Source: Eledone cirrhosa (taxonomy: Eukaryota). Taken from it: a stretch of 64,000 bases of DNA. The position numbers and the translations under genes are program-made. The stretch is taken from assembly GCA_964016885.1 (NCBI GenBank), contig OZ024755.1:31992001-32056000 (forward strand), given 5' to 3'. Numbering within the stretch: the first letter of the stretch is position 1; every line of letters begins with the position of its first letter. The notes beneath the pieces were generated by a model, which was not told the DNA's origin, ran no database searches, and worked only from the letters and a program-made list of their open reading frames with translations. Shown here in pieces: positions 25,842 through 39,300 of the stretch.

Positions 25842-28800
25842 TCATCATCATACGTCCGCTTTTCCCTGCTTGTAAGGGTGGGACGGACATTGATTCTGGC
25901 TTGATTTCTACAGCTGGATGCCCTTCCTAACACCAACCTCATTTACAGTGAGTGCTGGGTGCTTTTTTGCCGTGGCACCTCCACGACCACTTTGCAGTGG
26001 TCTTGCAATCGAAAGGTTGTGAGTTCAATTCTCAGACCGGGTGATGTGTTGTTTCCTTGAGCAAGGCACTTTATTTCACATTGCTCCAGTTTACTCAGCT
26101 GTAGAAATGAGATGATAGGGACTGGGGTCCCTATCATTCCACTGCAAAGTGGTCGTGGAGGTGCCACGGCAAAAAAGCACCCAGCACTCACTGTAAATGT
26201 GGTTGTTGTTAGGAAGGGCATCCAGCTGTAGAAATCAAGCCAGAATCAGTTCCCGTCCCACCCTTGCAAGCAGGGAAAAAGCGGACGTAAAATGGTGATG
26301 ATGATGATATGCAGTCTCTGTCTACTACCACTAAAATATAGACACACTCCAATGTCTGTCATTAAAATGTAGACACACCAATGTCTTTTGTCATTAAAAT
26401 ATAGTCACATACCAATGTCTCTGTCAACCGCCATTAAAATATAGACACATACTTCAAACCCCGCCAAGGTTAACTTTGCCTTTCATCCTTACGGGGTCGA
26501 TAAAATAAAGTACCAGTCACGCACTGGAGTTGATTTAATCGACTTTCCCCTGTCAACTGCCATTAAAATATAGACACACACCAATGTCTCTCAACTGCCA
26601 TTAAAATATAGATACACACCAATGTCTCAACTGCCATTAAAATATAGACACACACCAATGTCTCTCAACTGCCATTAAAATATAGACACACACCAATGTC
26701 TCAACTGCCATTAAAATATAGCCACACACCAATGTGTCTGTCAACTGCCATTAAAATATAGACACACACCAATGTCTCTGTCAACTGCCATTAAAATATA
26801 GACACACACTAATGTCTCTGTCAACTGCCATTAAAATATAGACACACACCAATGTCTCTGTCAACTGCCATTAAAATATAGACACGCCAATGTCTCTCAA
26901 CTGCCATTAAAATATAAACACACACCAAAGTTCCCAGTCCACACTGTAAATGTGGTTGGTGTTAGGAAGGGCATCCAGCCGTAGAAAACCTGCCAGATAG
27001 TCCTATATGAGCGGCACACGGTGATCCGACCAACCTTGCCTCAAATTGGGACAACTCCCGTCTAAAGATGGAAGATGGATGTTAAACGATGTTGATGATG
27101 ATGAAAACAAAAATATATTTTATAACCTCGCTAAAAAATGTTTCTCCTCAGTAAAGAACTAACATCTTTTAAAGAATTTTACACATGTATCATCTATCAA
27201 CAATATGGCACGTACGCTTCAGTATTGTTTCAACTATTGACCATTAATTCATATTAGTGGTCTGTGGGATTAAATTATAAATAGTAGTAGTCCATGAGAT
27301 CCGAAAGGTTGGCGCTCATACTGATTTTAAGGTATTGTTCTCAAAATAAATAACATCAAAATCTCATAGATTCGATATTATGTGATTATTATATTATATT
27401 CGATATTATGCCTTTACTACAAAAATACAATAGTATATATAGAGTTTAAATGGTAAAGGGTTAATATGTTAGGCATAAGCTATTCCAGGGAATGGTTCAT
27501 AATGATGGTGATAATTGGAGCTAGTTCAGACATTGCTATAGGATTTAACTCATGTGATTCTTTATAGTGATCTTATGGTGACTTTGTTGAAATAATTTAG
27601 TATCTGTTTGAAATTTGGTGCCTTGATGTCTATTTTTACTGTTGTTGATTTAACTGAAGTTAGACCATCATGAATAATTCTGAATTTATTAATAAAATAT
27701 CCTGCAAAGAAGTCTGCAAGATGTTTGGAGTTATGTGATAAGAGCAGAGATACTTGCCTTTGATTCTTGAGATCATCATAGGTTTTATATAAGCCTTTTT
27801 GGTCACCTATTTTTTCATTTACCATATTAGAATCATCATCAACATCATTTAACATGTTTTCCTCTGTTAGCAAGGAATGAATCGTCACAGATGAAAACAG
27901 TACTGACTTCTCAGATAGGCCAGAAGCGTCCATCTCATTCACTTATGTTGCCACACTCTACCAGATACTTGAGCAGTCAAGGGGCTCGCATTCGCTCACA
28001 CAACGTTACCATGCTCTACTGAATACATTTTATCGTGACACCAGCACTAGGGAAGTTGTCATGTCTTTGACACAACTGAAGATTCTTCCTGACCCTGTGT
28101 TTGTGAAGCTTCTACAGCTGTATGGAGAAAGGCCTTAACTCAAACCAAAAATGAGGTACAAGGACAGCATTAAGAATAACCTCAAAGAGCTGGCACTTGA
28201 TATAGACAACTGGGAGGAGATAGCTCTAAATAGGGCTGAGTGGAGAAAGTGCATAAAGGGCAACTGCAAAACCTTTGAGGAATGTCGTCTAGAACATAAA
28301 CAACTGAAGTGTCAGCTCTGTAAGGGTTGTGCTCATAGTCTTGAGGAAGTCATCAGTAGTTGGACATACAAATTCTGTCAGTGTGTACTCCTCTCAAAAG
28401 CTGGTTATGTTAATCACCTGAAGTCACATGAAAGGATAACCACCTGCAACACCACTCAACAAAGTGTGTAGAATTTGTTCTGGAGTACAAAACATATGGT
28501 GGTGCATAAAGATTGTGTCCCACAGGGTGACCCCATCGGTCCTGCGGAGAGCACAACACTCTTCTGTTGCCTGTATCGTAAACCATGCATATCTACAGCT
28601 GGTCTACAAAGTCGTCTATGGAGTCATGGACGCGAATGGAATGAGAATGAAGAATCAATAAGAGATGTCAATTGTCTGTGAAGACGCTGCAATCCTCATA
28701 TATATATATATATATGTATGGCGGGTCACTCTTGAGTGCTATTTTTAAGGGGCTGCTTTATTAAACATATCTATAGAAAAAGATAAGGCAGAGATCCTAC

Positions 28801-30190
28801 GACTAATATTAGGAATAAGGTTTTTAAATACTATAGGGGGATGGCAAGACTCTTTGTGTATATATTTTAAATTTTCGTTAGGTTTATGATAGAGTTTGAA
28901 AGAAGCGGTAAGTAGGTCAAGATTGATGTCGAGGAAGTTGGTATTAGTTAGGTTAGTATCTATAGTAATTTTGAGGTTTAGGTTAGAGAAGGTATTAATT
29001 GAATCTTTACGGAATTTATCAAGGTTATGGTCGTTGGTGGTATCAGAAACAGCCAAACCATCGTCTCGGTATAAGCCGATATTATGGTTGGGAAATTTCT
29101 CTTTAAGAGCATGGAGGAGGAATAATCCAACTAAATCAAACACGTCGGCGCTGTTGAACAAACCCATCGAGACATCAAAAGGGTTTTTTGGGTTTGATTT
29201 TTTAACCCAAGTTTCTTCTTTAGCTAAAAGTAGTGTTTTCCTAGTGTGTAAGATAACATCCTCCTCTAAATTAGATATATTATTAAAATGTCTAGCGAAA
29301 TCTAAGGCTTTAATTAATAAGGATTCAGTGATGGAGGGGTAGAAATCTACAATATCAAATTGGGTAAATCTGCACTTATTTTTCTCTTGTATATTATTAA
29401 ACCATGATATAACAGAGGAAGTGTTTAACTATTGGAATAATTCAGTTTTAGTTCTTATTTGAAGTATTATATTTGTTAGGATTTTTTTTTACTAGCAAGA
29501 CCAATTTCTAATTTAGCAGGGTTGATTAGTCTACAACTAGGTCGATTATTAAAGTCTGATTTATGGTCTTTAAGTGTAATATATGCTTTACGTTTGGCTA
29601 GACTTTCAGTTCGGTTATCTACTTTTATATACTAGCTAAAGCTTTAGCTTCATTATTTATGATATTATAAGTATTAATATTAACCTTTTGATATTTAGCA
29701 GTGATACTGTCTGTTAAAAGTTGGTTGTATAAATTGTATATACATATATTGTGTATGTATATGCGCGGGGACATAGAAATAATCGGGCTGGATACCCGAT
29801 CGCGCGGTTAAACCACTGGGAGTGAAGGACCCCTAGCCTTTGTCAGAGCATTCTTCGAGGAGAAGGCAACTCAGGAAACTGGGATAACGCTGACATAAAA
29901 CCTGCAGGTCAGTAGTTACCTATGATGTTGATCTTTTCTTCTTTTCGGGTTATAATTACTGTCGCTCAGAGAATGGGATTGGCTCAGTGCACAGTCTTTC
30001 CTCACTTTAAAAGAAATCTTCTCGCACAGGCATTGCACAATGGCATTAATTGATAATTATTAATAATGATATAATGAGGGTGCAGCCATCATGTTTATGT
30101 ATGTATATATGTAGTAGCTTGCAAACAAAACACTATCTTCTACAGTTTACACAAGGCTTCAAACAAACAACACACACACACACACACACA

Positions 30191-30288
<98 letters not shown>

Positions 30289-30303
30289 TATACATACATG
30301 CAC

Positions 30304-30337
<34 letters not shown>

Positions 30338-33300
30338 TGTTTGTTTGAAGCCTTGTGTAAACTGTAGAAGATAGTGTTTTGTTTGCAAGCTACTACATTG
30401 TGGATTGGACTGTAAATACTAAAAATATGAGAACATTGATATTTGGGTGTTGTCTTGCAGTTGTATATAGTCTGACATAAAATCAAAACATCAATAGGGG
30501 AAATTAGTTCGGATATTTATATATATATGTATTGAGGCACATGGCTTAGTGGTTAGAGCATTGGGCTTGCAATCGAAAGGTTGTGAGTTCAATTCTCAGA
30601 CTGGGTGATGTGTTGTTTCCTTGAGCAAGACACTTTATTTCACATTGCTCCAGTTTACTCAGCAGTAGAAATGAGATGATAGGGACTGGGGTCCCTATCA
30701 TTCCACTGCAAAGTGGCCGTGGAGGTGCCACGGCAAAAAAGCACCCAGCCCACACTATAAAGTGGTCATGTAGGCGCCACGGAAAAAAAGCACCCAGCAC
30801 TCACTGTAAATGAGGTTGGTGTTAGGAAGGGCATCCAGCTGTAGAAATCAAGCCAGAATCAGTTCCCGTCCTACCCTTGCAAGCAGGGAAAAGCGGACGT
30901 AAAATGATGATGATGTATGTATATATCATCATCATCATCACCGTTTTACGTCTGTTCTTCCACGCTAGCATGGGTTAGACGGGTTGTCCTGTTGTGGGCA
31001 GTATCCAGTCGGCTGACCTTGTCTTGTTCATACGGGAACTGATTCTGGCTTGATTTCTACAGCTGCCCTTCCTAACACCAAGCTCATTTACAGTGAGTGC
31101 TGGGTGCTTTTTTCCATGGCGCCTACACGTCAACTTTACAGTGTGGGCTGGGTGCTTTTTTGTCCTGACACCTCCAGGACCACTTTGCAGTGGGAGGGGA
31201 TAGGGCATATTGTCTATATGCTTCAGTTTCGGCTTGTTCCCATTACTGCGTGACGCCAGAGGTCACGGTCCTGTGTCAATATATATATAGTGTATGGGTG
31301 GAGGCGTGTGGCCTAGTGGTAAGGATGTTGGACTTACGATCATAATGTCGTGGGTTCGATTCGTGGGCTGGGTTGCGTCTTGTGCTCTTGAGCAAAACAC
31401 TTCATTTCACGTTGCTCCAGTATACTCAGCTGAAAATGCGTACCAGCAATAGCTGGGGGTTTAACCCTGCGATGGACTGCCGTCCTGTCCAGGGGGGAGT
31501 CTTGTACTCTCAGTCGTTTCACGCCATGAAACCGGGATAAGCACTAACCAAATGAGCCTTCTGGCTTAACCCTTTAGTTAAATACAGTTAAATACAGTGG
31601 AACCTTGGTTCTTCTTCTTTGCCCACTTATTCCTGAAAGGGTCGTGGGAGCAAAGTCTACAAACATTCCCTCCAGCAGGTCCTGTCAGAAGTAGCCGGAT
31701 CAGTTGGAGATGGTTGTTTCTGACAGGACCCGCTACCTGCTGGAAGGAGTGTTTCAGGACTCTGTCCGCACGAGCCTTTCAAGAATAAGTGGGCGACAAA
31801 GAAGAACTGAGGTTCCACTGTATTTAAAACAATATTTTTTAATTTAATTAATTTAAAAAAAAATTATTATTGTTTTTATTGTAGAAGCAAGTGTCAGAAA
31901 TGTTGTATAAATGTCTACCTTTAGAAGAGAAGGACTTCACCCGAATATGTGGTGTTCCATATACAGCACTACCTCTAGCCACCGTAAGTATACTGTAATT
32001 TTCTCTTTACTATTGCTTTAACCCTTTAGCATTCACATTATTTTATATATATACTATTATATTTTCATAGTAAAAGCTTTACCTCACTTAAATATCTCAC
32101 ATAATATCGAATCTATGAGATTTTAGAATTATTTATTTTGAGAACAATACCTTAACATCAGTATGAGCACCCAGTTACATCCAGTTTGAACAGAAAGAGG
32201 TGAGATTTTAATATCAATTATTTTAAGAACAATGCCTTAAAATCAGTTTGAGCGACCAGTTACAGCCAGTTTCAACAGAAAGAGGTAGAGAATTCTGGCC
32301 GGTTTGAACACTAAAGAGTTAAACGCTGTTTAATTTTGTGTTTTACTTGTGAATGGATGCTTCTTCTTCCTCTTCTTCACCCACTTATTCCTGAGAGGGT
32401 CATGCGGGGAACAGTCCTCAAGTACTCCTTCCAACGGGTCCTGTCAGAAGCAATCGTCTCCAACTGATCTGGCTGGATCCCCAAACGAAACCAGCCAAGC
32501 TCATGGATGTTATCCAACCATGTTGCTCGGGATCCACCCCTGGGTCTTTCGCCGGTTGGTTTTGCCCGTAAAATCTGTCAATTCTTTCCTGTTCAAACAA
32601 TATATCAAAGAATCGCTGTCTTCTGATGTTTCTGTTCAGAGTTGCAGCTCATGTTCCAAGTGATCTGCATTTGAATCCATACATCTTTTGAGACGCATAA
32701 TAAAGTTTACATCTTTACAAACAAACCTAGAGAGGGCTCTCTTCTCCTCCTTGATGTTTTCCCTTAGTTCAGTGATGGTCCTGGGTTTGTTGACTTACCT
32801 TATTCTTCAGATAGCTCCCCCCAAAGAAAGAAATGTGGACATTATGGTTTTGCCCATAACATCTGTCCAGTGATTCTTTCCTGAGACATTCTAACCACAT
32901 GCCCATAGTATTGGTGCTGTGATCTCTCAATTTGGAGAAGTAGCAGCTCTACCTGTAGTGACTCTTTGATCTCTGAGCTATACATTCTATTGAGTAATGT
33001 TACTCCAAAGACCCTGAATGGATGCAAAATATTACACTGTGTTATTGACTCCTGTGTCACTTTTATGACGGCAGCACTTTTGGGATGGGTCTATAAATCT
33101 GTATAGGCTGTATTGAAATAAACGTGGTTTTTAATGTCAGGACATTACTCACAGTCGAAGGGCCTTTTTGATTTTGTCTAATTCAACCCTTTAACATTTA
33201 CATTACTCTATATTGACTATTGTATTTTTGTGGCAAAGGATTTATCTCACATAATATTGAAGCTATGAGATGATGATGTTATTTATTTTGAGAACAATAT

Positions 33301-36300
33301 GTAAATGTTGGTATGAACAGCCAGTTGCGGCTGGTTTTAAGAGAAAGAGGTGAGAGAATTCTGGCCAGATACGGCTGGTTTAAATGCTAAAGGGTTAAAC
33401 TATGGAATTTGTATTTAAACCAGCCGTATCTGACCAGATTCTCTCACCTCTTTCTCTTCAAACCGGCTGTGACTGGCCACCCATACTGATGTTCAGGTAT
33501 TGTTCTCAAAATATATAATCTCAAAATCTCATAGCTTCAATATTATGTGAGATAAAGTATTTGCCACAAAAAGGGTGGAGCAACCTCAAGGGCTGTTCTG
33601 GCTGGCACACACTCTAGCTCAGCCCTGCTTTAGGTGACACACACTCTAGCTAAGCCACTGCACTGTGCTAAACATTTTGTAGTATTTAAATTGTTTTCAA
33701 GCAGGGAAAAGCTGACGTAAAATGACGAGGATGATGATTTTCCTATTTTACATTCCATTCCTCTCAATTTAAAATTTATTTAATTGAAAGTTATTTAGCT
33801 TATGCTCACATTTATTGATATAATCTATTCTTTAATATGATTGTGAAACATTTCTCAGTGTATTTCAGTCGATCACAACATTCCGATGTTACTGAAAAGG
33901 AAAGAAGCTAAAGACTATGGGACCAAGAAAATGGTGGAAGGACTTTTTGAAGCAAATGATAAATGTCTGATCATTGAAGACGTTGTTACATCTGGAAACA
34001 GCATTATAGAAACAGCCGAGGTATTTTTATGATTCATTATCTTCTATTATTAGGGCGGTGGATTGGCAGTATCGGTAGAGAGTCGGACACCATGCTTTGA
34101 TGTATAGAGTTACGGCCCTTGCCATTCTGAGTTCAAATCCCACCGAGGTTAACTTTTCCTTTCCTCCTTACGGGGTCGATAAAATAAAGTACCAGTAATG
34201 TACTGGGTAATTGCTGGCCTTGTGCCAAACGTAGAAACAATTATCTTCTATTATTAAAGCAGAGGATTGACAGAATGGGTAGAGCATTGGACAATATGCT
34301 TTGTGGCATATAGTTACGTCACTTTACGGTCTGAGTTCAAATCTCGCCGAGGTTAACTTTGTCTTTCATCCTCACAGGGTCAATAAAATAAAGTACCAGT
34401 AATGCACTGGGGTCGCTTAAATCAACTTTCCTCTCCCTCCAAATTGTTGGCCTTGTGCCTAAATCAGAAATCATGTTTTCTATTATTTGTTATTAATTTT
34501 ATAATTAACCCTTTAGCATTTACATTACTCTATATTTACTATTTTATTTTCACGGTAAACACTTTATTTCATATAATATCGAATCTATGAGATTTTGATA
34601 TTATTTATTTTGGGAGCCAGCTATGGCTGGTTTGAACAGAAAGAAGTGAGAGAATTCTGGTTGGCTATGGCCAATTTGAACAGAAAGAGATGAGAGAATT
34701 CTGGTCGGATACAGCCAGTTTGAACAGGAAGAGGTGAGAGAATTCTGGTCAGATACAGCTAGTTTGAACAGAAAGAGGTGAGAGAATTCTGGTCAAATAC
34801 AGCTAGTTTGAACAGAAAGAGGTGAGAGAATTCTGGTCAGATACAGCTAGTTTGAACAGAAAGAGGTGAGAGAATTCTGGCCAGATACAGCTAGTTTGAA
34901 GAGGAAGAGGTGAGAGAATTCTGGTCAGATGCAGCCAGTTTGAACAGAGATGTGAGAGAATTCTGACCAGGTACAGCCGGTTTAAATGCTAAATATCATG
35001 CAAAATTTGAACTTTGAAAGCAGTGAGGGATTTTGAGGTTTATAGAAAATGTAAGGAATCTCAGACACAGAAAATAACCGTAAATACAGTTCGAAACTAT
35101 TTATTAGTGGTTTTTACCTGATTTTCTAAGCTATTTATAGTAACCAAATGTATTTATAGTTTATTTCTACACCTGAGTTTCCTACATTTTCTGTGAACCT
35201 TTTAATTAATATGTGGTATCTTTATTCTCTAATTTACAACCAACAATCTAGAAAAACAAATGTCTTAAGTCTAAATATCTGGACAATCCATTGCACCAAC
35301 AAAATATTAGTTAGTTTATCTATATTTTCCTAAGTCTGTTCAGTAACTATCCAGCCATAGAAAACTTGCCAAACAAAGGATCAGGAACACTGTCAAAATG
35401 TTTTTAAACAGAAAAGGCTCTCATTGTTGTTCCTTGATCCGTATGTCTAATCCCCTTATAGTATTCCAATCTATGAGGAGCTACATTTTTGGCACCAGAT
35501 CTTATAGACCAGGCATGTCAAACTGAGGGTCTCCCAAGGGCCACATGGGTCACATATGTGTTGTCTGAGGGTCACATGTGTTGTCTGAGGGTCACACACG
35601 ACAACTATTTTTTAAATTTTATATTACAAAGGTAAAACATGCTTGCGCTATAAGACCCTTTGTGTGGGCCGCAGATGTGCTTGTAAAGGGGCGCATGTTT
35701 GACATGCTTGTTATAGACCACATATGCTCTCATGCACACTTCTGCGTTGTTGATGGGACAATTAGGAAGTGTGCATATATCACTGTATGTGGGTTGATGT
35801 CTGTGGCGCAGTCCCCTCAGTCCCGAGTGTGCCAGCAGTATATTCAGGCTTGTCTCATGGCATCTCCACCTCGAAATGTGGCAGCTTTAGGTAGCATATG
35901 TTATCTCTAGGGGCGCATGTCCTCCTTGCTCTTTTAAGTGTTGCTGCCTTAGCATTTCGGTGTTTGGTGAGAAAAGTATGGTAGTAGTTTTCGGTGAAGT
36001 TCTACAGTGCAGTGCTGGTATGTCTGTTGCTACCCTCACTGCATCTGCTGCATATCCAGATCTTATTCAGTATATAGGCCATTTTGGCTCTGTTGGGAGC
36101 TGCACAAAATGTCTCTGCAGGCATCCTTCTTGTAAAATTTAGTGTATATAGATCCCTCAATTGTGACTGTTAGTGTAAAGTTGAGAAGAGGAGAGGAATC
36201 CAGTGGTGTCTGGATGTTCCACCTCAAATTTTATGTGTGTGTTGTCAATATTTTCAAAGATGTTGTAGACCTTGACAGCTTCTTCACATGATGGAGTTAG

Positions 36301-39300
36301 CGTAAGGGTGTCATCTACATACTTGGAGGAGGAGGAGCAAGATCAGCAGGTGGTGAGTGCTGTGTGCTCCAGCTGGTCCATGTACATGATAGCTAGCAGG
36401 CCCGAGAGACTCGATCCCATTAGAAGTCCTGAGATTTATTTGTATATGGAGTCTTCAAACTGGGAAAAGATGTTGCACATGACGATAGGAGGCAGTTTGC
36501 GAATGTCAGCAGCATAGAGGTCGGTAGAGGCGATGATGTCCATAATTGCCAGGGAGGCGAGGACAGGGGTGCAGAGGGGAAACTAAACTCTATTCTGTCC
36601 CAGTGGGGTGTGGTCAAGTTCTTTTAGTCTGTTGACTATTTCTTGTGAGCTGTTTACATGTCCAGGAAAAGTGTGAAGGAGAGGTTTGAGAAGTCTGGGA
36701 AGAATCCAGGAAAGTTTCTAGAAAGAACTGTTTTTGCTAGAAACAATGGCAATATGTATTTACAGTAAGATAAAGTTGTACCAGACACCATCTCATTAAA
36801 CAAAGTATAAACACTTTATTTTGTTATATTCTTGTTAGGTTCTCAGGTCTGTTGGCGTTTCTGTGACTGATGCTATTGTATTACTAAATAGAGAGCAAGG
36901 ATGTGAAGTCAATTTGAAAGAATATAATATAAACATTTATAGGTAAGTACATACAATACAATACGATCCACTAGAATTTACATTCTTTATTAATGTATAA
37001 TTTCCTCTTGAATTCCGAGCTTAGTTTTTTTGCATTATGTGGTATACATCTCCTAAATTTATTGTTCGGTACTTCGTGTGTAGTGTGTTTAGGTTGTAAA
37101 AAGAAAGACCCCCCCTTCAATGACGAATGACCACGGGTTTTGTACCTTGAAAGTTTCACTCTGTGGCACAAGACCAACTGTTACCCATTCATACCAGACT
37201 CTCCTCTCCATACCACCAATGTTGTCCAAGGGAAAGGCTAAGGCTGATACAGCTTGGCACCAGAGATGTCACAACTCATTTCAGCATGTGGGTTGTGGTA
37301 TGTTAGTTATTTTTCTACCTGTGAAGGTGCATGGCTTAGTCGTTAGGGTGTTTAATAGTTCAGTATAAAATCCCTTCATTGAGGAAACTAATTCGGAATA
37401 TAATATCTTGTCATTCTTTTGCTGGCATTTTTTCTTCTGATAATAGTAGGATAAGAACGACACAGGATATCCTGTTCAGAATTAGTTTCCTCAATACTTC
37501 TTTTGATAAAGGGATTTTATCCTGAAATATCAAGGATAATTAAGCAACCTATGTATGTATCAAATGATACATATATTTACATATATATGTATCATTTGAT
37601 ATTTGATATACTATTATTTCTATATATATAAAACAGAGGATGTCTGACTGTCTGTGTAAATCCCTAAAATTCGAGAAGTACCCAACCGATTTTTTTCCAA
37701 CTTTACACATGCGTGACTTATATTTCTTGAAGTGCAATGGGCTAAAAAGATTTTAACTTGTTCTGCCCTAGGGCCCGCATTAGGCGAAAAACCACATTTT
37801 AAAGGCGTAACTTAAAGATAATCCAGCCGATTTCCTCGAAATTTGCCTGGGAAAAGTACAACAGATGCCCTCTTCATAGTGAGACAATTACAAGAGAGGT
37901 TCTTAGAGAAGAATAAGTCACTATACTACTTAGCATTTTTTTACCTTTGATAGGGTACCCCAATCTGTCATCTGGTGGTCCCTAAGGAAATTAGGTGTAG
38001 AGGAATGGCTTGTGAGGACAGTGCAAACTTTGTACAGAGGTGCTGTCAGTAAAGTGAAGGTAGGAATGGAGTTTAGTGAGGAATTGCAGATACAAGTAGG
38101 AGGACATTAGGGTTCAGTCTTCAGCCCGCTCATGTTCATTAAAGTCCTCCAAGCCATAACAGAGGAGTTTAAGACTAGCTGCCCATGGGAATTTCTCTAT
38201 GCTGACGATCTGGTTCTTATAGCAGAATCAGTAGAGGAGCTAGAGAATAAATTCTGGCTATGGAAACAGCAGTTGGAATCAAGAGGCCTGAGAGTGAACC
38301 TAGCTAAGACAAAAGTGTTGATAAGTAGAAAAGAAGACAAAACTCTGATTCCGTCAGGGAAATGGCCATGTTCGATATGCAGAAAAGGAACTGGCATAAA
38401 TTCTATAAAATGTACACAATGCAAATCTTGGGTACACAAGAGATGTAGTGGGATATCAGGCAGATTAACAGGTAGGGAAAAAATACTTATACAGTAGATG
38501 TACAGGGAAATTTGACAGTAGTAATTGCAGTGATAGACACATTTTTCCAATGCCGGTAGGTTCTATAGAAGTCGTTGATAGCTTCCGGTACCTAGGTGAT
38601 CAGATTAGCATGGAGTGGGGTGTTCCGAGGCCATAGTATCTAGAATAAGGACGGGCTGGAAGAAGTTTAGGGAGCTGCTTCCTCTGCTGACAAAGAAGGG
38701 TTTCTCTCTGCATACGGTAGGCCGGTTATATGATGCCTGTGTAAGGAGCGCGATACTGCATGGTAGTGAGACATGAGCAGCAACTGCAGAGGATATGTGA
38801 CGGCTGGAGAGAAATGAAGCAAGCATGCTCCATTGGATGAGCAATGTCAATGTGCATGAGCGACCGAGCATGGATGTGTTGAGAGAGAAACTGTGTCTGA
38901 GAGGGATAGAATGTAGTGTGCGAGAGAGGAGACTGAGGTGGTATGGACATGTGATGCTCATGGACGATGACTGATGGGTGAAGAAGTGCCAAGAAATCCC
39001 CGTAGAAGGAAGACACTGTAGAGAAAGACCACGAAAAACATGGGCGGAGATGGTGAGAGCAGACCTCAGATTACTGAAGCTCAAGGAGGAGATGACGAAG
39101 GACCATGACAAGTGGAGAGATGCTGTGCTGAATAGGACCCGTCCCACCCTTGCAAGCAGGGAAAAGCAGATGTAAAATGATGATGATGATGATGATGACT
39201 GTCACTCAATCATTCCCTGAGAATAAAGGAATTCAAAAAGTACACAGCTACATTCCTCAATCTTTGCTTATGCGTGTTGCTATTTCATGTTTCTTATTGT

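Noticed and set aside
30534-30610. tRNA genes at SINE heads
   Set aside because: A and B boxes are present, but the sequence continues into SINE core and tail with no complete cloverleaf or terminator.
37359-37527. Hammerhead-like string TTGATAA...GAAA near 37503-37530
   Set aside because: The core is mismatched, and the segment is better explained as one arm of an old imperfect inverted repeat.
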